From the NCBI GenBank assembly GCA_021802705.1, contig JAJZRL010000001.1, forward strand, positions 84,379 through 148,378: a stretch of 64,000 nucleotides of DNA. The letters run 5' to 3'. Positions 36,889-46,474 of this stretch are shown piece by piece (position 1 is the stretch's first letter; each line of letters starts with the position of its first letter). A program made the translations under genes and the position numbers. Origin of the DNA: a bacterium (GTDB lineage Bacteria; Patescibacteriota; Minisyncoccia; Phycocordibacterales; Phycocordibacteraceae). Under the pieces are notes generated by a model, which saw nothing but the letters and a program-made list of their open reading frames with translations, was not told where the DNA came from and made no database searches.

Positions 36889-38691
36889 ATGAAAACCACG
36901 CATATTCCCGGGCACTTCGGCGGGGCTTTCCGCAGCACCATGGCCTTTTTCCGGAATCACCGCACCGTAAGCATCGTCGCTGCGGGACTCCTCCTTTACG
37001 GCCTCTGGCAGGCGTACGCAGCCATTGCTACTCCTTCGACAGCGACACGGTATGTCACGACAACGGTCGCCACCGGAACCGTAGTCGCGACCATGACCGA
37101 AAGCGGACAGGTATCGGCGAGCGCAAACGTGAACATACCGTCCCAGTCCTCCGGCGAAGTCCTCTCGGTTCCGGTCGTCGCTGGAGAGCATGTCGCATCC
37201 GGAGCCGTTCTCGCCTACCTCGATCCGACGAACGCCGAGCAAAGCGTGGCGGACGCTAAGCTGGCGCTCCAGTCGGCGCAATTAGCGCTTGATCAGCTTC
37301 TCGAACCTGCGGCGACTTCGACAATCACAAACGCGCAGAACGCGGTCGCGACCGCACAAGCGAATCTTGCCGATACGCACACGAGCGGATATAACGATGT
37401 CGCTTCCGCCTTCCTCGATCTTCCGAATATCGTGAACGGTATCGATACCATCCTCCACGGATATGCGGTTCCGGGACGCACGAGCCAGCAAAACGAAAAC
37501 GCTTATAGCGACATGGTCCAATCCTACGATCCCGCGATCGTTCAATATAGAGTCGCCGCGGAAAACTCTTTTTCCGCGGCGCAAACGGCGTACACGGCCG
37601 CGCTTGCCGCATATAATGCCACACCGCGGAATACGTCTGATGCACAGATCGAAGCACTCGTGAAGCAGGCCTACGCCGCTGCCGCCGATACGTCAGACGC
37701 CCTCAAGGCCGCAACGAACTTCCTGAATACCGCGGATACGGCGCTTACGAACGCAAACCTCACCATCCCAACCATTCTTTCAAACCAGATCTCTCTCCTT
37801 ACGGCTTATACCGGAACGACAAACAGCCATGTCTCCTCCCTTTCAGGGGATGTGTTCGGCGTTGCGAATGATGAACGGGCGCTCGCGGCGGCTCAAGCGT
37901 CGCTCGCTGAGCTGCAGGCGGGCGCCGATCCGCTTGCCATCCAGTCTTCAGAGCTCTCCGTACAGGAAAAGCAGGATGCGCTTACGCAGGCTGAACAGAC
38001 GCTTGCCGATACGGTCGTACGGGCGCCTTTCTCCGGCACCGTCGCCGCGGTCAATATCGAGCAATACCAGACCATCGGCAATGGCGTTCCGGTCGCAACG
38101 ATGGTAAGCGATAACCAGAGCGTTGACATGTCCGTCAACGAAGTTGATGCTGCGAAGCTTAAGGTCGGACAAAAAGCGACGCTCACGTTTGACGCGCTCC
38201 CGAACGTTTCCGTCGCCGGAACGGTCTCTTCGGTCAATACGATCGGGTCTGTCTCATCCGGCGTCGTATCATACGACGCTGTCGTGACGTTCGATACGCC
38301 CAATAACAAGGTGCTTCCCGGCATGAGCGCGACGGTTACCATCATCACCGGATCGCAAACCGGACTTGTCGTTCCGGCGAGCGCTATAAAAACCGCCGGG
38401 ACAACGCAGTACGTCGAAGTCTTCGACCCGCCGCTCTCTCTGAGCGAGAACCCGTCCGGCGTACCGGCTCCGATGCCTCCGAAAAACGTGACCGTGACGA
38501 CCGGAATTTCCGATGACACGAATGTCATCATAGAAAGCGGCCTTCAAGCAGGGACTCAGGTAGTGGCACAGACAATCGCGGGTGCGGGTGCCGCTCTTCC
38601 GACGAGCGCCGCACAGAGCACATCGGCTTTCAAGAACGGCGCGAAACCGGGTATCGGCCAGGGAGCTCTTATGAGAACGTTCGGGCGCTGA
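36889..38691 (+). CDS. efflux ABC-transporter periplasmic adaptor (HlyD/MacA-type membrane fusion protein)
   Basis: A signal-anchor is followed by a long coiled-coil hairpin (…AKLALQSAQLALDQ…AQASLAELQAG…), then lipoyl-like and beta-barrel domains (…ADTVVRAPFSGTVAAVN…GMSATVTII…). The start is taken at MKTTH (36889) and is uncertain. Confidence 0.7.
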   Translation: MKTTHIPGHFGGAFRSTMAFFRNHRTVSIVAAGLLLYGLWQAYAAIATPSTATRYVTTTVATGTVVATMTESGQVSASANVNIPSQSSGEVLSVPVVAGEHVASGAVLAYLDPTNAEQSVADAKLALQSAQLALDQLLEPAATSTITNAQNAVATAQANLADTHTSGYNDVASAFLDLPNIVNGIDTILHGYAVPGRTSQQNENAYSDMVQSYDPAIVQYRVAAENSFSAAQTAYTAALAAYNATPRNTSDAQIEALVKQAYAAAADTSDALKAATNFLNTADTALTNANLTIPTILSNQISLLTAYTGTTNSHVSSLSGDVFGVANDERALAAAQASLAELQAGADPLAIQSSELSVQEKQDALTQAEQTLADTVVRAPFSGTVAAVNIEQYQTIGNGVPVATMVSDNQSVDMSVNEVDAAKLKVGQKATLTFDALPNVSVAGTVSSVNTIGSVSSGVVSYDAVVTFDTPNNKVLPGMSATVTIITGSQTGLVVPASAIKTAGTTQYVEVFDPPLSLSENPSGVPAPMPPKNVTVTTGISDDTNVIIESGLQAGTQVVAQTIAGAGAALPTSAAQSTSAFKNGAKPGIGQGALMRTFGR

Positions 38692-38698
38692 TATCTCA

Positions 38699-39421
38699 AT
38701 GATCGAATTAAGAGATATCGTCAAGACATACGGTTTCGGCAGCGAAACCTACACGGCGCTGCGCGGCATCACGTTCTCCATCAACAAAGGAGAGTTCGTC
38801 GCCATCATGGGCCCTTCCGGTTCGGGAAAATCGACCCTCATGCATATCCTCGGCTGTCTCGATACCCCGACGTCGGGCTCTTATGTGCTCGAGAAGAACG
38901 ATGTATCCGCCATGACCGACGACGAGCTTGCGGAAATCCGCAGGGAAAAAATTGGCTTCGTGTTTCAATCGTTCAACCTGCTTCCCCGCACGAGCGTCTT
39001 GCGCAACGTCATCCTTCCGCTCGTATACGCGGAAGTCGAGCCGAGTGAACGTGAGGAACGCGCGAAGAAGGCACTGTATGCCGCCGGGCTCGACGAAGAG
39101 CATTTCGGACACCTTTCAAATCAGATTTCAGGCGGCCAGGTGCAGCGCGTCGCCATCGCCCGCGCGCTCGTGAACGATCCTTCGCTCATCCTTGCCGATG
39201 AGCCGACCGGCAATCTCGACAGCAGGACAAGCCTTGTCGTGCTCGGTACGCTGCAGGAGCTCAACCGGACGCACAACCGCACGATCGTCCTCATCACTCA
39301 CGAACCCGACATCGCCGAACACGCAAGACGCATCATCCGCCTCAAGGACGGTCTTGTCGTTTCCGACGAGAAGAATACGGCGGTACGGGACGCGACGAAC
39401 GAAAGCAGCATCTACCCATGA
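38699..39421 (+). CDS. ABC transporter ATP-binding protein (MacB/LolD-type)
   Basis: Walker [10 protein letters not shown], the ABC signature [15 protein letters not shown], Walker [13 protein letters not shown] and an H-loop are present. Confidence 0.9.
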   Translation: MIELRDIVKTYGFGSETYTALRGITFSINKGEFVAIMGPSGSGKSTLMHILGCLDTPTSGSYVLEKNDVSAMTDDELAEIRREKIGFVFQSFNLLPRTSVLRNVILPLVYAEVEPSEREERAKKALYAAGLDEEHFGHLSNQISGGQVQRVAIARALVNDPSLILADEPTGNLDSRTSLVVLGTLQELNRTHNRTIVLITHEPDIAEHARRIIRLKDGLVVSDEKNTAVRDATNESSIYP

Positions 39422-40653
39422 CGACGAGCGACATCATAGAGGAAACCCGCATCGCGCTCTCGGCAAACAAGGTGCGCTCCGGTCTCACGGTACTCGGCAT
39501 CGTTATCGGCATAGCTTCGGTCATCGCGCTTGTCGCCGTCGGCCAAGGCGCGCAGAACTCCGTGCAGGCGTCCATAGAATCTATCGGATCGAACCTGATC
39601 GTCGTCATGCCGGGAGCTGCGCGGCAGTTCGGCTTCGGCGCTTCTGAGGGCCGCGGGACCGCGCGCTCGCTCACAAACGGGGACGTTGCGGCCATTTCCG
39701 GCGTAGCGAATGTCGCCGCGGTGTCCGGAGAATATGACAGGAATTACCAGGTCTCGGTAGCCGGAGCGAATACGAACACGTCGGTTGACGGCGTAAGCGC
39801 GAGCTACCAATCGATCCGCAACATCCAGATGGATGCAGGCTCGTTCATTACCGACACCCAGTCCCGATCGCTCGCGAGAGTCGCCGTCATAGGCCCGACA
39901 GTCGTTACCGACCTTTTCGGCGATACCGCGACCGCACAAAACGCGATAGGACAACGCGTCCGTATCGGCGACCTGCTCTTCACGGTTATCGGCGTAACGG
40001 AACCCAAGGGAGGCTCCGGATTCGGCAACCAGGATGACACGGTTTATGTCCCGCTCGGAACCGCCCTCCAGTATTTCGCCGGAAACGGCAATCAGTACCT
40101 TTCGGTAATCGACATACAAGCGGCAAGCCAGGCGGCGATGACGCAGGTGCAGAATGACGTGACCGCCCTCCTGCTCGCGCGGCATGGCATCAGCGACCCC
40201 GCGAAAGCGGATTTCAGCATCCTCAATCAAGCGGACATCGTCTCGGCAGCATCGAGCGTTACCTCCACGTTCACGATCTTGCTGGCCGCCATCGCAGGCA
40301 TCTCGCTTGTCGTCGGCGGGATCGGGATCATGAACATGATGCTCACGACCGTTACCGAACGTATGCGTGAGATCGGATTACGGAAAGCGATCGGCGCGAC
40401 CCGTAAAGACATCAACGTGCAATTCATCAGCGAGGCTATCGCTCTGACCTTTCTCGGAGGCGGCGCCGGCATCGTGCTCGGATGGATGATATCCTACGTC
40501 GTCACGCTGACCGGCCTCGTAAAGGCTCAGGTAACGATTTCCTCGGTATTGCTCGCCTTCGGAGTCTCGACCGCTATCGGCGTCGTATTCGGGTGGTACC
40601 CGGCACGCCGCGCGGCAAACCTAAACCCCATAGACGCGCTCCGCTATGAATGA
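39418..40653 (+). CDS. ABC transporter permease (MacB/FtsX-type) with large extracytoplasmic domain
   Basis: N-terminal TM helix, a ~220-aa extracytoplasmic domain, then three C-terminal TM helices of the FtsX fold (…SLVVGGIGIMNMMLTTVTERMREIGLRKAIGA…). The start overlaps the ATPase stop. Confidence 0.85.
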   Translation: MTTSDIIEETRIALSANKVRSGLTVLGIVIGIASVIALVAVGQGAQNSVQASIESIGSNLIVVMPGAARQFGFGASEGRGTARSLTNGDVAAISGVANVAAVSGEYDRNYQVSVAGANTNTSVDGVSASYQSIRNIQMDAGSFITDTQSRSLARVAVIGPTVVTDLFGDTATAQNAIGQRVRIGDLLFTVIGVTEPKGGSGFGNQDDTVYVPLGTALQYFAGNGNQYLSVIDIQAASQAAMTQVQNDVTALLLARHGISDPAKADFSILNQADIVSAASSVTSTFTILLAAIAGISLVVGGIGIMNMMLTTVTERMREIGLRKAIGATRKDINVQFISEAIALTFLGGGAGIVLGWMISYVVTLTGLVKAQVTISSVLLAFGVSTAIGVVFGWYPARRAANLNPIDALRYE

Positions 40654-40707
40654 CGCGGGTGGCGAAACGCGTATTACTTACCAAAACCACCAATACACCT
40701 ATCGCCT

Positions 40708-41124
40708 ATGCGAAATATCACGGCTCCCGGGATTATTGCGATTATCGCGGCGCTCATCATCGGCTTCGGCGCCGGCTACTATATCCCGCACGGAACACAT
40801 GCCGCGAAGAGTCAGACGCGCAAGGACATGCGGCTCGCGCAGGGGACGAACCAGGCATCGAAGGAATTTCTCTCCGGTACCGTCGCGAAAGAAGACAGCG
40901 AAAGCATAACGGTGGATACCCGGGACGGGAACTCTCACGTGGTGCTCATAACGCCGGCTACCGTCGTCGATAAAAGCGTTACCGGAACGACGAGCGACAT
41001 ATCGCTCGGTTCCGACGTTCTCGTTTCCGGCGCAACCAACGGCGACGGGTCTGTTTCCGCTTCGCTCATCCAGCTTCGGCCGGCGGGTGTCCGAGGTATT
41101 CCAAACGGAACCAACCACCGGTAG
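40708..41124 (+). CDS. membrane-anchored DUF5666-like beta-rich protein
   Basis: An N-terminal TM helix is followed by an alternating pattern (…ITVDTRDGNSHVVLITPATVVDKS…GSDVLVSGATNGDGSVSASLIQL) reminiscent of DUF5666 domains. Confidence 0.5.
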   Translation: MRNITAPGIIAIIAALIIGFGAGYYIPHGTHAAKSQTRKDMRLAQGTNQASKEFLSGTVAKEDSESITVDTRDGNSHVVLITPATVVDKSVTGTTSDISLGSDVLVSGATNGDGSVSASLIQLRPAGVRGIPNGTNHR

Positions 41125-41131
41125 GAGAACG

Positions 41132-42655
41132 ATGTGGCTTCCGCTGCACACGCGCCGATACGTGCGCTATAGTGAAGCCATGGACGAAAATCAGGGTTCT
41201 CCCAAAGAAGAACGCGCGAATGCGTTCAAAACGCTCATAGGCAAAGTATATTTCCACCGCGTTCCTTCATACGGCAATACGATATTTTACTCGCTCGGTT
41301 TCCTGGCGCTCACTTGTCTCACGGTGCTTGTCGTGACCGGTATCACGCTCGCGTTCATGGGACAAACGTGGTGGCTGACGAACCCGTGGGGCATCTATGT
41401 CCGGAGCGTCCACTTGTGGACCGTCCAGGCTTTCATCATCGTTCTTCTTGCGCATATCCTCGTCGGATTCATGACGAGCGGCTTCCGGCCGCCGCGCAGG
41501 ATGGTGTGGGTCTTCGGCGCGACGATCTTCTGCCTGGTGCTCATTCAGACAGAGTTCGGCTATGGTTTGCGCGGCGACTTCTCTTCGCAGTACCGCGCGG
41601 TCTCCGGCGCGGATTTCTGGAATGGCGCGCATCTCGGGTACTGGCTCAATCCGCTCAATTACACGCAGGCCTTCGCGCTCCATGTCGCCATCATCCCCTT
41701 CGCGATATTCGCCTTGTTTATCGCGCACTACCTGCTCGAACACACCTACGGCATCGCGCGGCCGTACCGTAAGGATGTCCCGTATACGATGGTCGCCGCG
41801 AACCATCGTATCCTTTTCCTTCGCGGCGGAGTCCTTGTCGCGCTCATTCTGGCGCTTGCCGCGCTCTTCCACTCCCCCTATGTCGCGCCGGTGCGTATCG
41901 CGGACGTCGCACGGAAAGACCCGGGCCTCATGATGACGACGCTCCTCGCAGAATTCGACCGGACATCGGACACGGCAACCTATTTCGACTCTATCGACCC
42001 ATACACGTTCGATACGCGGCAGGTCTATATAACCGCGCCGTACGAACAATACATCCTGGACAACGGGAATCAGGATGCGTGGGCGGCATTCGAAAACGAG
42101 CCGGCTGATCTGCAGCAGGCTGACTTGCAGCAGGCCGAAGCGTACGCCAACGCGACCGACACGAGCGCTTTTGCAAGCAGCACGAACCCCGTCATCGTGA
42201 TGCTGAACACGCTTGTGCCGATGGCTCAAGGCGGATTGTATGAGTCGCTCCTGAACCAGGAAAACCCGACCGCAAACAACACCTACGTGCTGCGTTTCCT
42301 TGACGATACGGGCGCGCTCCATGCGAAAGCGGCCTCGCTCGACATGAGCACCGCCGAATGGGGTATGGCCAAAGACGAGACGGGGAGCGTCTTTAAGCTC
42401 CCGCCGGGGTCGTGGTGGCTCCTCCCTCTCGGTATGATCAACAGCGCGTTCGGTCTCCTGAGCAATCCGTACGGCGACCGCGATGCGGCGGTCATACTCG
42501 GGCTTATCATGCTCCTGTTTGTCGCCTTCCCTTACATACCGTATGTAAACCGCCTGCCGAAGCTCTTGCATCTCGCGCCATTCATCTGGGGACGCACGCA
42601 AGGGAAGCGTCCGCGCCAAGCCGAGCCTGAAAACGAACGAGCTGATACCGCCTAG
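41132..42655 (+). CDS. cytochrome b / b6-like di-haem membrane protein with long C-terminal extension
   Basis: The SD sequence AGGAGA lies 4 nt before the ATG at 41132, overlapping the upstream stop. The N-terminal half aligns to the cyt b N-terminal domain pattern (…NIFYSLGFLALTCLTVLVVTGITLAF…). Two His pairs are spaced ~14 apart in helices (VHLWTVQAFIIVLLAH and LHVAIIPFAIFALFIAH). The large antisense ORF 41267..42619 is an R/E/D-rich shadow. Confidence 0.6.
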   Translation: MWLPLHTRRYVRYSEAMDENQGSPKEERANAFKTLIGKVYFHRVPSYGNTIFYSLGFLALTCLTVLVVTGITLAFMGQTWWLTNPWGIYVRSVHLWTVQAFIIVLLAHILVGFMTSGFRPPRRMVWVFGATIFCLVLIQTEFGYGLRGDFSSQYRAVSGADFWNGAHLGYWLNPLNYTQAFALHVAIIPFAIFALFIAHYLLEHTYGIARPYRKDVPYTMVAANHRILFLRGGVLVALILALAALFHSPYVAPVRIADVARKDPGLMMTTLLAEFDRTSDTATYFDSIDPYTFDTRQVYITAPYEQYILDNGNQDAWAAFENEPADLQQADLQQAEAYANATDTSAFASSTNPVIVMLNTLVPMAQGGLYESLLNQENPTANNTYVLRFLDDTGALHAKAASLDMSTAEWGMAKDETGSVFKLPPGSWWLLPLGMINSAFGLLSNPYGDRDAAVILGLIMLLFVAFPYIPYVNRLPKLLHLAPFIWGRTQGKRPRQAEPENERADTA

Positions 42656-43821
42656 CTTTCGCGAAGCGAGGGAGCCGAAACCGATACGGCGCGATTGCCG
42701 AGCTGTATGGAGCTGTTCTCCCGCAAGAAAGCGACGACGGTCATGAGGTTCGCGCGCTCGCTCGGATTCTGTACCGCCTCGGTCCGGTCGGTCCCGTCCG
42801 GATACAGCCGCTCGATCTCGTCACGCACCCACACGCTCGTGATGCCCGTGTCGACGATGCCGCGCGCGGCATGATGGATAAGCGTCACCATCGCCTCGAG
42901 GGCGGTCGCGGACGGCTTGTATCCGCGCGCGGCCCTCATCGCCTGCTCCACGTCGGCGAGGTGGAGTATCTCTGCGACATCGATGCTCACGCCAAGACCT
43001 CCTACGGTAACGGGAGTCTCGACAGGAAGGTTTTGGTAATTGTGATGGCGCGCGGCGAGCTTGCTCTCTTCCGGAAAACCGAGCGACGCCAATATGGATG
43101 CGGAATATGCCTCATGCGGCCGGATGAGTTCCGCAAGCGTCTGGTTTACATCTATGCCCTGCCCGCTCAAGGCACGGACCGATTCCTGCGAAAGGAGGAG
43201 CGCTGCCGGCGCCACATCCTTGGGACGGTACCCTGTAGCGGCGAGCTCCTCGATAAGCGTTTCCGGATCGGATGCCGGAGAGGCGCTGCTTCGCGTAAGG
43301 GCCGCGTGGACGAACGGATCGTCCCGATGCAAATTCAAAAGATACGCGCACTCGCGGTCGTCCACCGTATTCGCTATAAGCTCGTACGGGACATCCACTT
43401 TCCCGATGTCGTGCAGCAGGCAAGCGCGATAAAAGATAGGGAGCGTGATGTGTTCCTCGCCGAAGAGCTCCGCGAAACGCACGTCGCTGCCGAGAAGCGG
43501 GCGCTCGACCTTTCCGCGCGCGATGCGGTATGTTTCGGCGCAGTGGTCGGCAGTTTCCGGATGGAAAAGCTCGATAACGGTAAAGGCTTCCCACACTTCC
43601 TCCGTCATGAACGGACCCGCATCAAAAAGCTGTTTTTCATACGCCGCTTTTACCCGGGCGACCTCCCTTTCGAGCAGGTGCTGCTCGCGCAAGGCGCGGA
43701 GCGCATATCCAAAACCCGCCTGTCTTGCGATTTCCCGCGCCCGGAGAGTAGGGTCTTCCTCGCGCGCAACCTCGCTCTCTAAGTGCCTCCCTTCGCCTAT
43801 CGTATGACTAAAATGGCGCAT
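42652..43821 (-). CDS. HD-domain phosphohydrolase
   Basis: An HD motif (…CLLHDIGKVDVP…) is present with additional His/Asp residues. No GYP motif was seen. Confidence 0.65.
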   Translation of the reverse strand: MRHFSHTIGEGRHLESEVAREEDPTLRAREIARQAGFGYALRALREQHLLEREVARVKAAYEKQLFDAGPFMTEEVWEAFTVIELFHPETADHCAETYRIARGKVERPLLGSDVRFAELFGEEHITLPIFYRACLLHDIGKVDVPYELIANTVDDRECAYLLNLHRDDPFVHAALTRSSASPASDPETLIEELAATGYRPKDVAPAALLLSQESVRALSGQGIDVNQTLAELIRPHEAYSASILASLGFPEESKLAARHHNYQNLPVETPVTVGGLGVSIDVAEILHLADVEQAMRAARGYKPSATALEAMVTLIHHAARGIVDTGITSVWVRDEIERLYPDGTDRTEAVQNPSERANLMTVVAFLRENSSIQLGNRAVSVSAPSLRES

Positions 43822-43892
43822 GAATGGTGCTGTTCACTATACCACAAAACGAAAAGAAGTTAATCGGCTCGTAGCGGTAAAGCTTCCGACAC

Positions 43893-44243
43893 TCATGCGC
43901 CTGAAAGTACCACTTTTAGGATTCGCGCGTGATTGTGCTGCTCATCTTTTGCGCCATATACGAGCGTTACCGTATGCCCTTCGGCAAGACGTCTGAGATA
44001 CTCCAGCTCGTGGGGATGGCCATTGAGTTCATCTTTGTATTTCTTACCGAACGCTTCCCATCGTTTGGCATCATGCCCGAACCACGTCCGTAACTGCGTG
44101 CTCGGCGCCACATCTTTCATCCACAGGTGGAGTTTCATTTCTTCCTTTTTCAGTCCGCGCGGCCACAACCGGTCAATGAGAATTCGCAACCCGTCGCCAC
44201 GAGCAGCAGGCTCATACGCCCTCTTTATCTTGAACATACGCAA
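43893..44243 (-). CDS. DUF488 family protein
   Basis: MRMFKIKRAYEPAARGDGLRILIDRLWPRGLKKEE... is the typical DUF488 N-terminus. Confidence 0.75.
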   Translation of the reverse strand: MRMFKIKRAYEPAARGDGLRILIDRLWPRGLKKEEMKLHLWMKDVAPSTQLRTWFGHDAKRWEAFGKKYKDELNGHPHELEYLRRLAEGHTVTLVYGAKDEQHNHARILKVVLSGA

Positions 44244-44417
44244 GTATCATACAGGATATGTAAGCCGTCTCTGTTCAGCGAGTTTGCTGCTGAGCAGATT
44301 CAGGGAGAACGGCCGGAGTCCGGGTTCCTGCTTGTGCGACATTTAATACCCGCTGTCGCTCCCACAGTCTTTTGACGAGCGCTTCGATCTTCTTTCCCTG
44401 CGCTATACTATAGCAAC

Positions 44418-45212
44418 ATGGAACCTACCCCGCTTACAGAGGCGCTTGATCTCTCATCGAAAACGGCCATAGTCACGGGCGCAGCTATGGGTATCGGCCT
44501 CGGCATCGCCTGGCGGTTTGCGGAAGCAGGCGCGCGCATCATCATTGCCGACACGAACCAGGCGGCTGCCGATGAAGCGGCCGCCCGGATCGTTGCGAAG
44601 GGGTGGCAAGCCGCAGCCATCAAGACGGACGTCTCCGACCAGGCACAGGTGATGATGATGGTCGAGGAAACATCGAGACGCTATGGCGGCATCGATATCC
44701 TCGTCAATAATGCCGGCATTTACCCTATAACGCCGGTCATGGAGATGACGCCGGATACGTTCGATCATATATTTGCAATCAACCTCAAGGGGGTGTTTCT
44801 CTGCAGCAAGGCTGCGGCCGCTCAAATGATACGTCAAGGAAGAGGAGGCAAGATAATCAATATCAGTTCTATCGACGCGCTCCATCCCTCAATCGTCGGG
44901 TTCGCCGCCTACGACGCTTCCAAGCATGGCGTATGGGGATTCACCAAGAATCTCGCGCTCGAGCTCGCCCCGCATCATATCTGGGTCAACGCTATCGCTC
45001 CCGGTGGCATCAGCACGCCCGGTACCGGCGCCGGCAAGCCGGTGAGCAAAGAAAGGGAGGAGACGATCAGGTCGTTTCTTGCGAAGATTCCTATGCGCCG
45101 CATGGGCGAGCCGGACGATATCGGCAAAGTGGCGCTGTTCCTGGCGTCAAAACTCTCTGACTACATGACCGGTTCTCAGGTCGTAGTTGACGGCGGTGTG
45201 CTGCTCGCATAG
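44418..45212 (+). CDS. SDR-family oxidoreductase (FabG-like)
   Basis: An NAD(P)-binding TGAAMGIG(L) motif, NNAG and the catalytic YDASK tetrad are present. Confidence 0.85.
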   Translation: MEPTPLTEALDLSSKTAIVTGAAMGIGLGIAWRFAEAGARIIIADTNQAAADEAAARIVAKGWQAAAIKTDVSDQAQVMMMVEETSRRYGGIDILVNNAGIYPITPVMEMTPDTFDHIFAINLKGVFLCSKAAAAQMIRQGRGGKIINISSIDALHPSIVGFAAYDASKHGVWGFTKNLALELAPHHIWVNAIAPGGISTPGTGAGKPVSKEREETIRSFLAKIPMRRMGEPDDIGKVALFLASKLSDYMTGSQVVVDGGVLLA

Positions 45213-45278
45213 CCGCTAGGCGAGCCGGATTCCATAAAGCCGCAGCAAACTTGGACTAGGTTTATCCGGTACTGGTGG

Positions 45279-45310
45279 CTTAGGGGCGAAGGGATTCGAA
45301 CCGAAAATAC
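45279..45310. repeat. degenerate tRNA 3'-end-like fragment (putative distal att-repeat remnant)
   Basis: ggcgaagggattcgaaccg matches ggcggagagattcgaactc (the T-arm and acceptor of tRNA-Ser at 62242-62265) at about 15 of 17 positions, in the same orientation. Confidence 0.4.
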
Positions 45311-45531
45311 GTTGCAAAATATAGGTTTCGGCATACTGCCGATAAAAAGTCCTAAGGGCGGTGAGGGTCGGTTGCGAACTTTACCCTTTCAAGCAGTGTA
45401 AGGCTTTTTGAGCGACTTTGGAACTAGCCAAAACTAGGGGGAACGGTCGGAGTCTGATTTTCACAAATGAGACTAATGAGACGTTTTAAGGCGTTTTCTG
45501 GTGTCTCATTCTCAAGAGTCCCCTTAGACTA

Positions 45532-46032
45532 TTACACTAAGGACTGCTTACGACTTCGTAGGTACCTGTACTCATGCCAGGTAAGCCATATCACCGCTAT
45601 GTCTAGGATGGTTATCAGTAATAGCCAAGGAGAATGCGTAAAACTGAATCGATAGAGCTGATATGCAATGAACAACCCGAAGACCACTATGGCTGTGGGA
45701 TAGTACCAGAGTTTCTTTCGAAGAAGGCCAACAATGAGGAACATTTTTATAACCCCATGACTCAACAGGAAAAGCGCAGCAAAGTGTTGCGAACTTATCG
45801 AGAAATTCTGTGCCGAGTGAAGCAAGTAATTAGCGATAAAGTCTCTGGGGTCTTGCAGGAGCTCGTGCTGGGTCAGAGCAAGTACGAGGTTTAATAGAAA
45901 TTGCTGGCTGATGAAATATATCAAGACACCGCCGATAATTTCAAACAGCGCAATAACGGCTTTGGCAATGAGACTCAGCTCAAATACCAAGTGGATGTTT
46001 TTCTCTTCAAATAGTTTCTTTAGGCCAGACAT
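45532..46032 (-). CDS. DUF2127-like polytopic membrane protein
   Basis: Four hydrophobic helices are present and the coding sequence is low in G+C. Confidence 0.5.
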   Translation of the reverse strand: MSGLKKLFEEKNIHLVFELSLIAKAVIALFEIIGGVLIYFISQQFLLNLVLALTQHELLQDPRDFIANYLLHSAQNFSISSQHFAALFLLSHGVIKMFLIVGLLRKKLWYYPTAIVVFGLFIAYQLYRFSFTHSPWLLLITILDIAVIWLTWHEYRYLRSRKQSLV

Positions 46033-46474
46033 TTTTTATTAAAAAGTAGATGACCGAAGTTGCCAGAATTGAGATAGCCATACTCCCCGCGACGTCGATG
46101 GGATGGTGGAGCCCAACGTACACCCGAGCCGCTGCGACAGTGAGTGCTAACACCCATAATACTATTCCCAACTTGCGGTTTAGATAGATTCCAATTGCTG
46201 CAACTGCTGATACAAGGAGTGCGTGGTCAGATGGAAAACCGTTATCGGGAGTATGCGGTATGAGCGGAGTAAAATTGCCGACTACAAACGGTCGCGTATC
46301 AAAATAGATATAACCACCAAGTAACGCAAGCAGGTAGATGAACGCCAGAGATGGCAGCGCAAAGACCAGTATCCTCTTTTGCACTGATCGCGGTTGGGAC
46401 AGAAAGTAGACACCCAGAACAAGGATAGGTATGACGAAAAGATATTTTGCAGAAAGGATAAAGAAAAGATCCAT
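46007..46474 (-). CDS. PAP2-family phosphatase (membrane-bound)
   Basis: The PAP2 motifs ...GFPSDHA... and ...RVYVGLHHPIDV... are embedded in TM helices. Confidence 0.8.
   Translation of the reverse strand: MDLFFILSAKYLFVIPILVLGVYFLSQPRSVQKRILVFALPSLAFIYLLALLGGYIYFDTRPFVVGNFTPLIPHTPDNGFPSDHALLVSAVAAIGIYLNRKLGIVLWVLALTVAAARVYVGLHHPIDVAGSMAISILATSVIYFLIKNVWPKETI

Noticed and set aside
41267-42619. 450-aa minus-strand ORF
   Set aside because: It is antisense to the cytochrome-b-like gene. The product is extremely R/E/D-rich with no TM helices or motifs.
45275-45360. Possible tmRNA or intact tRNA at the island's left end
   Set aside because: Only a T-arm/acceptor-like fragment is present. Upstream sequence does not complete a cloverleaf or tmRNA fold, so it was interpreted as an att-type remnant instead.
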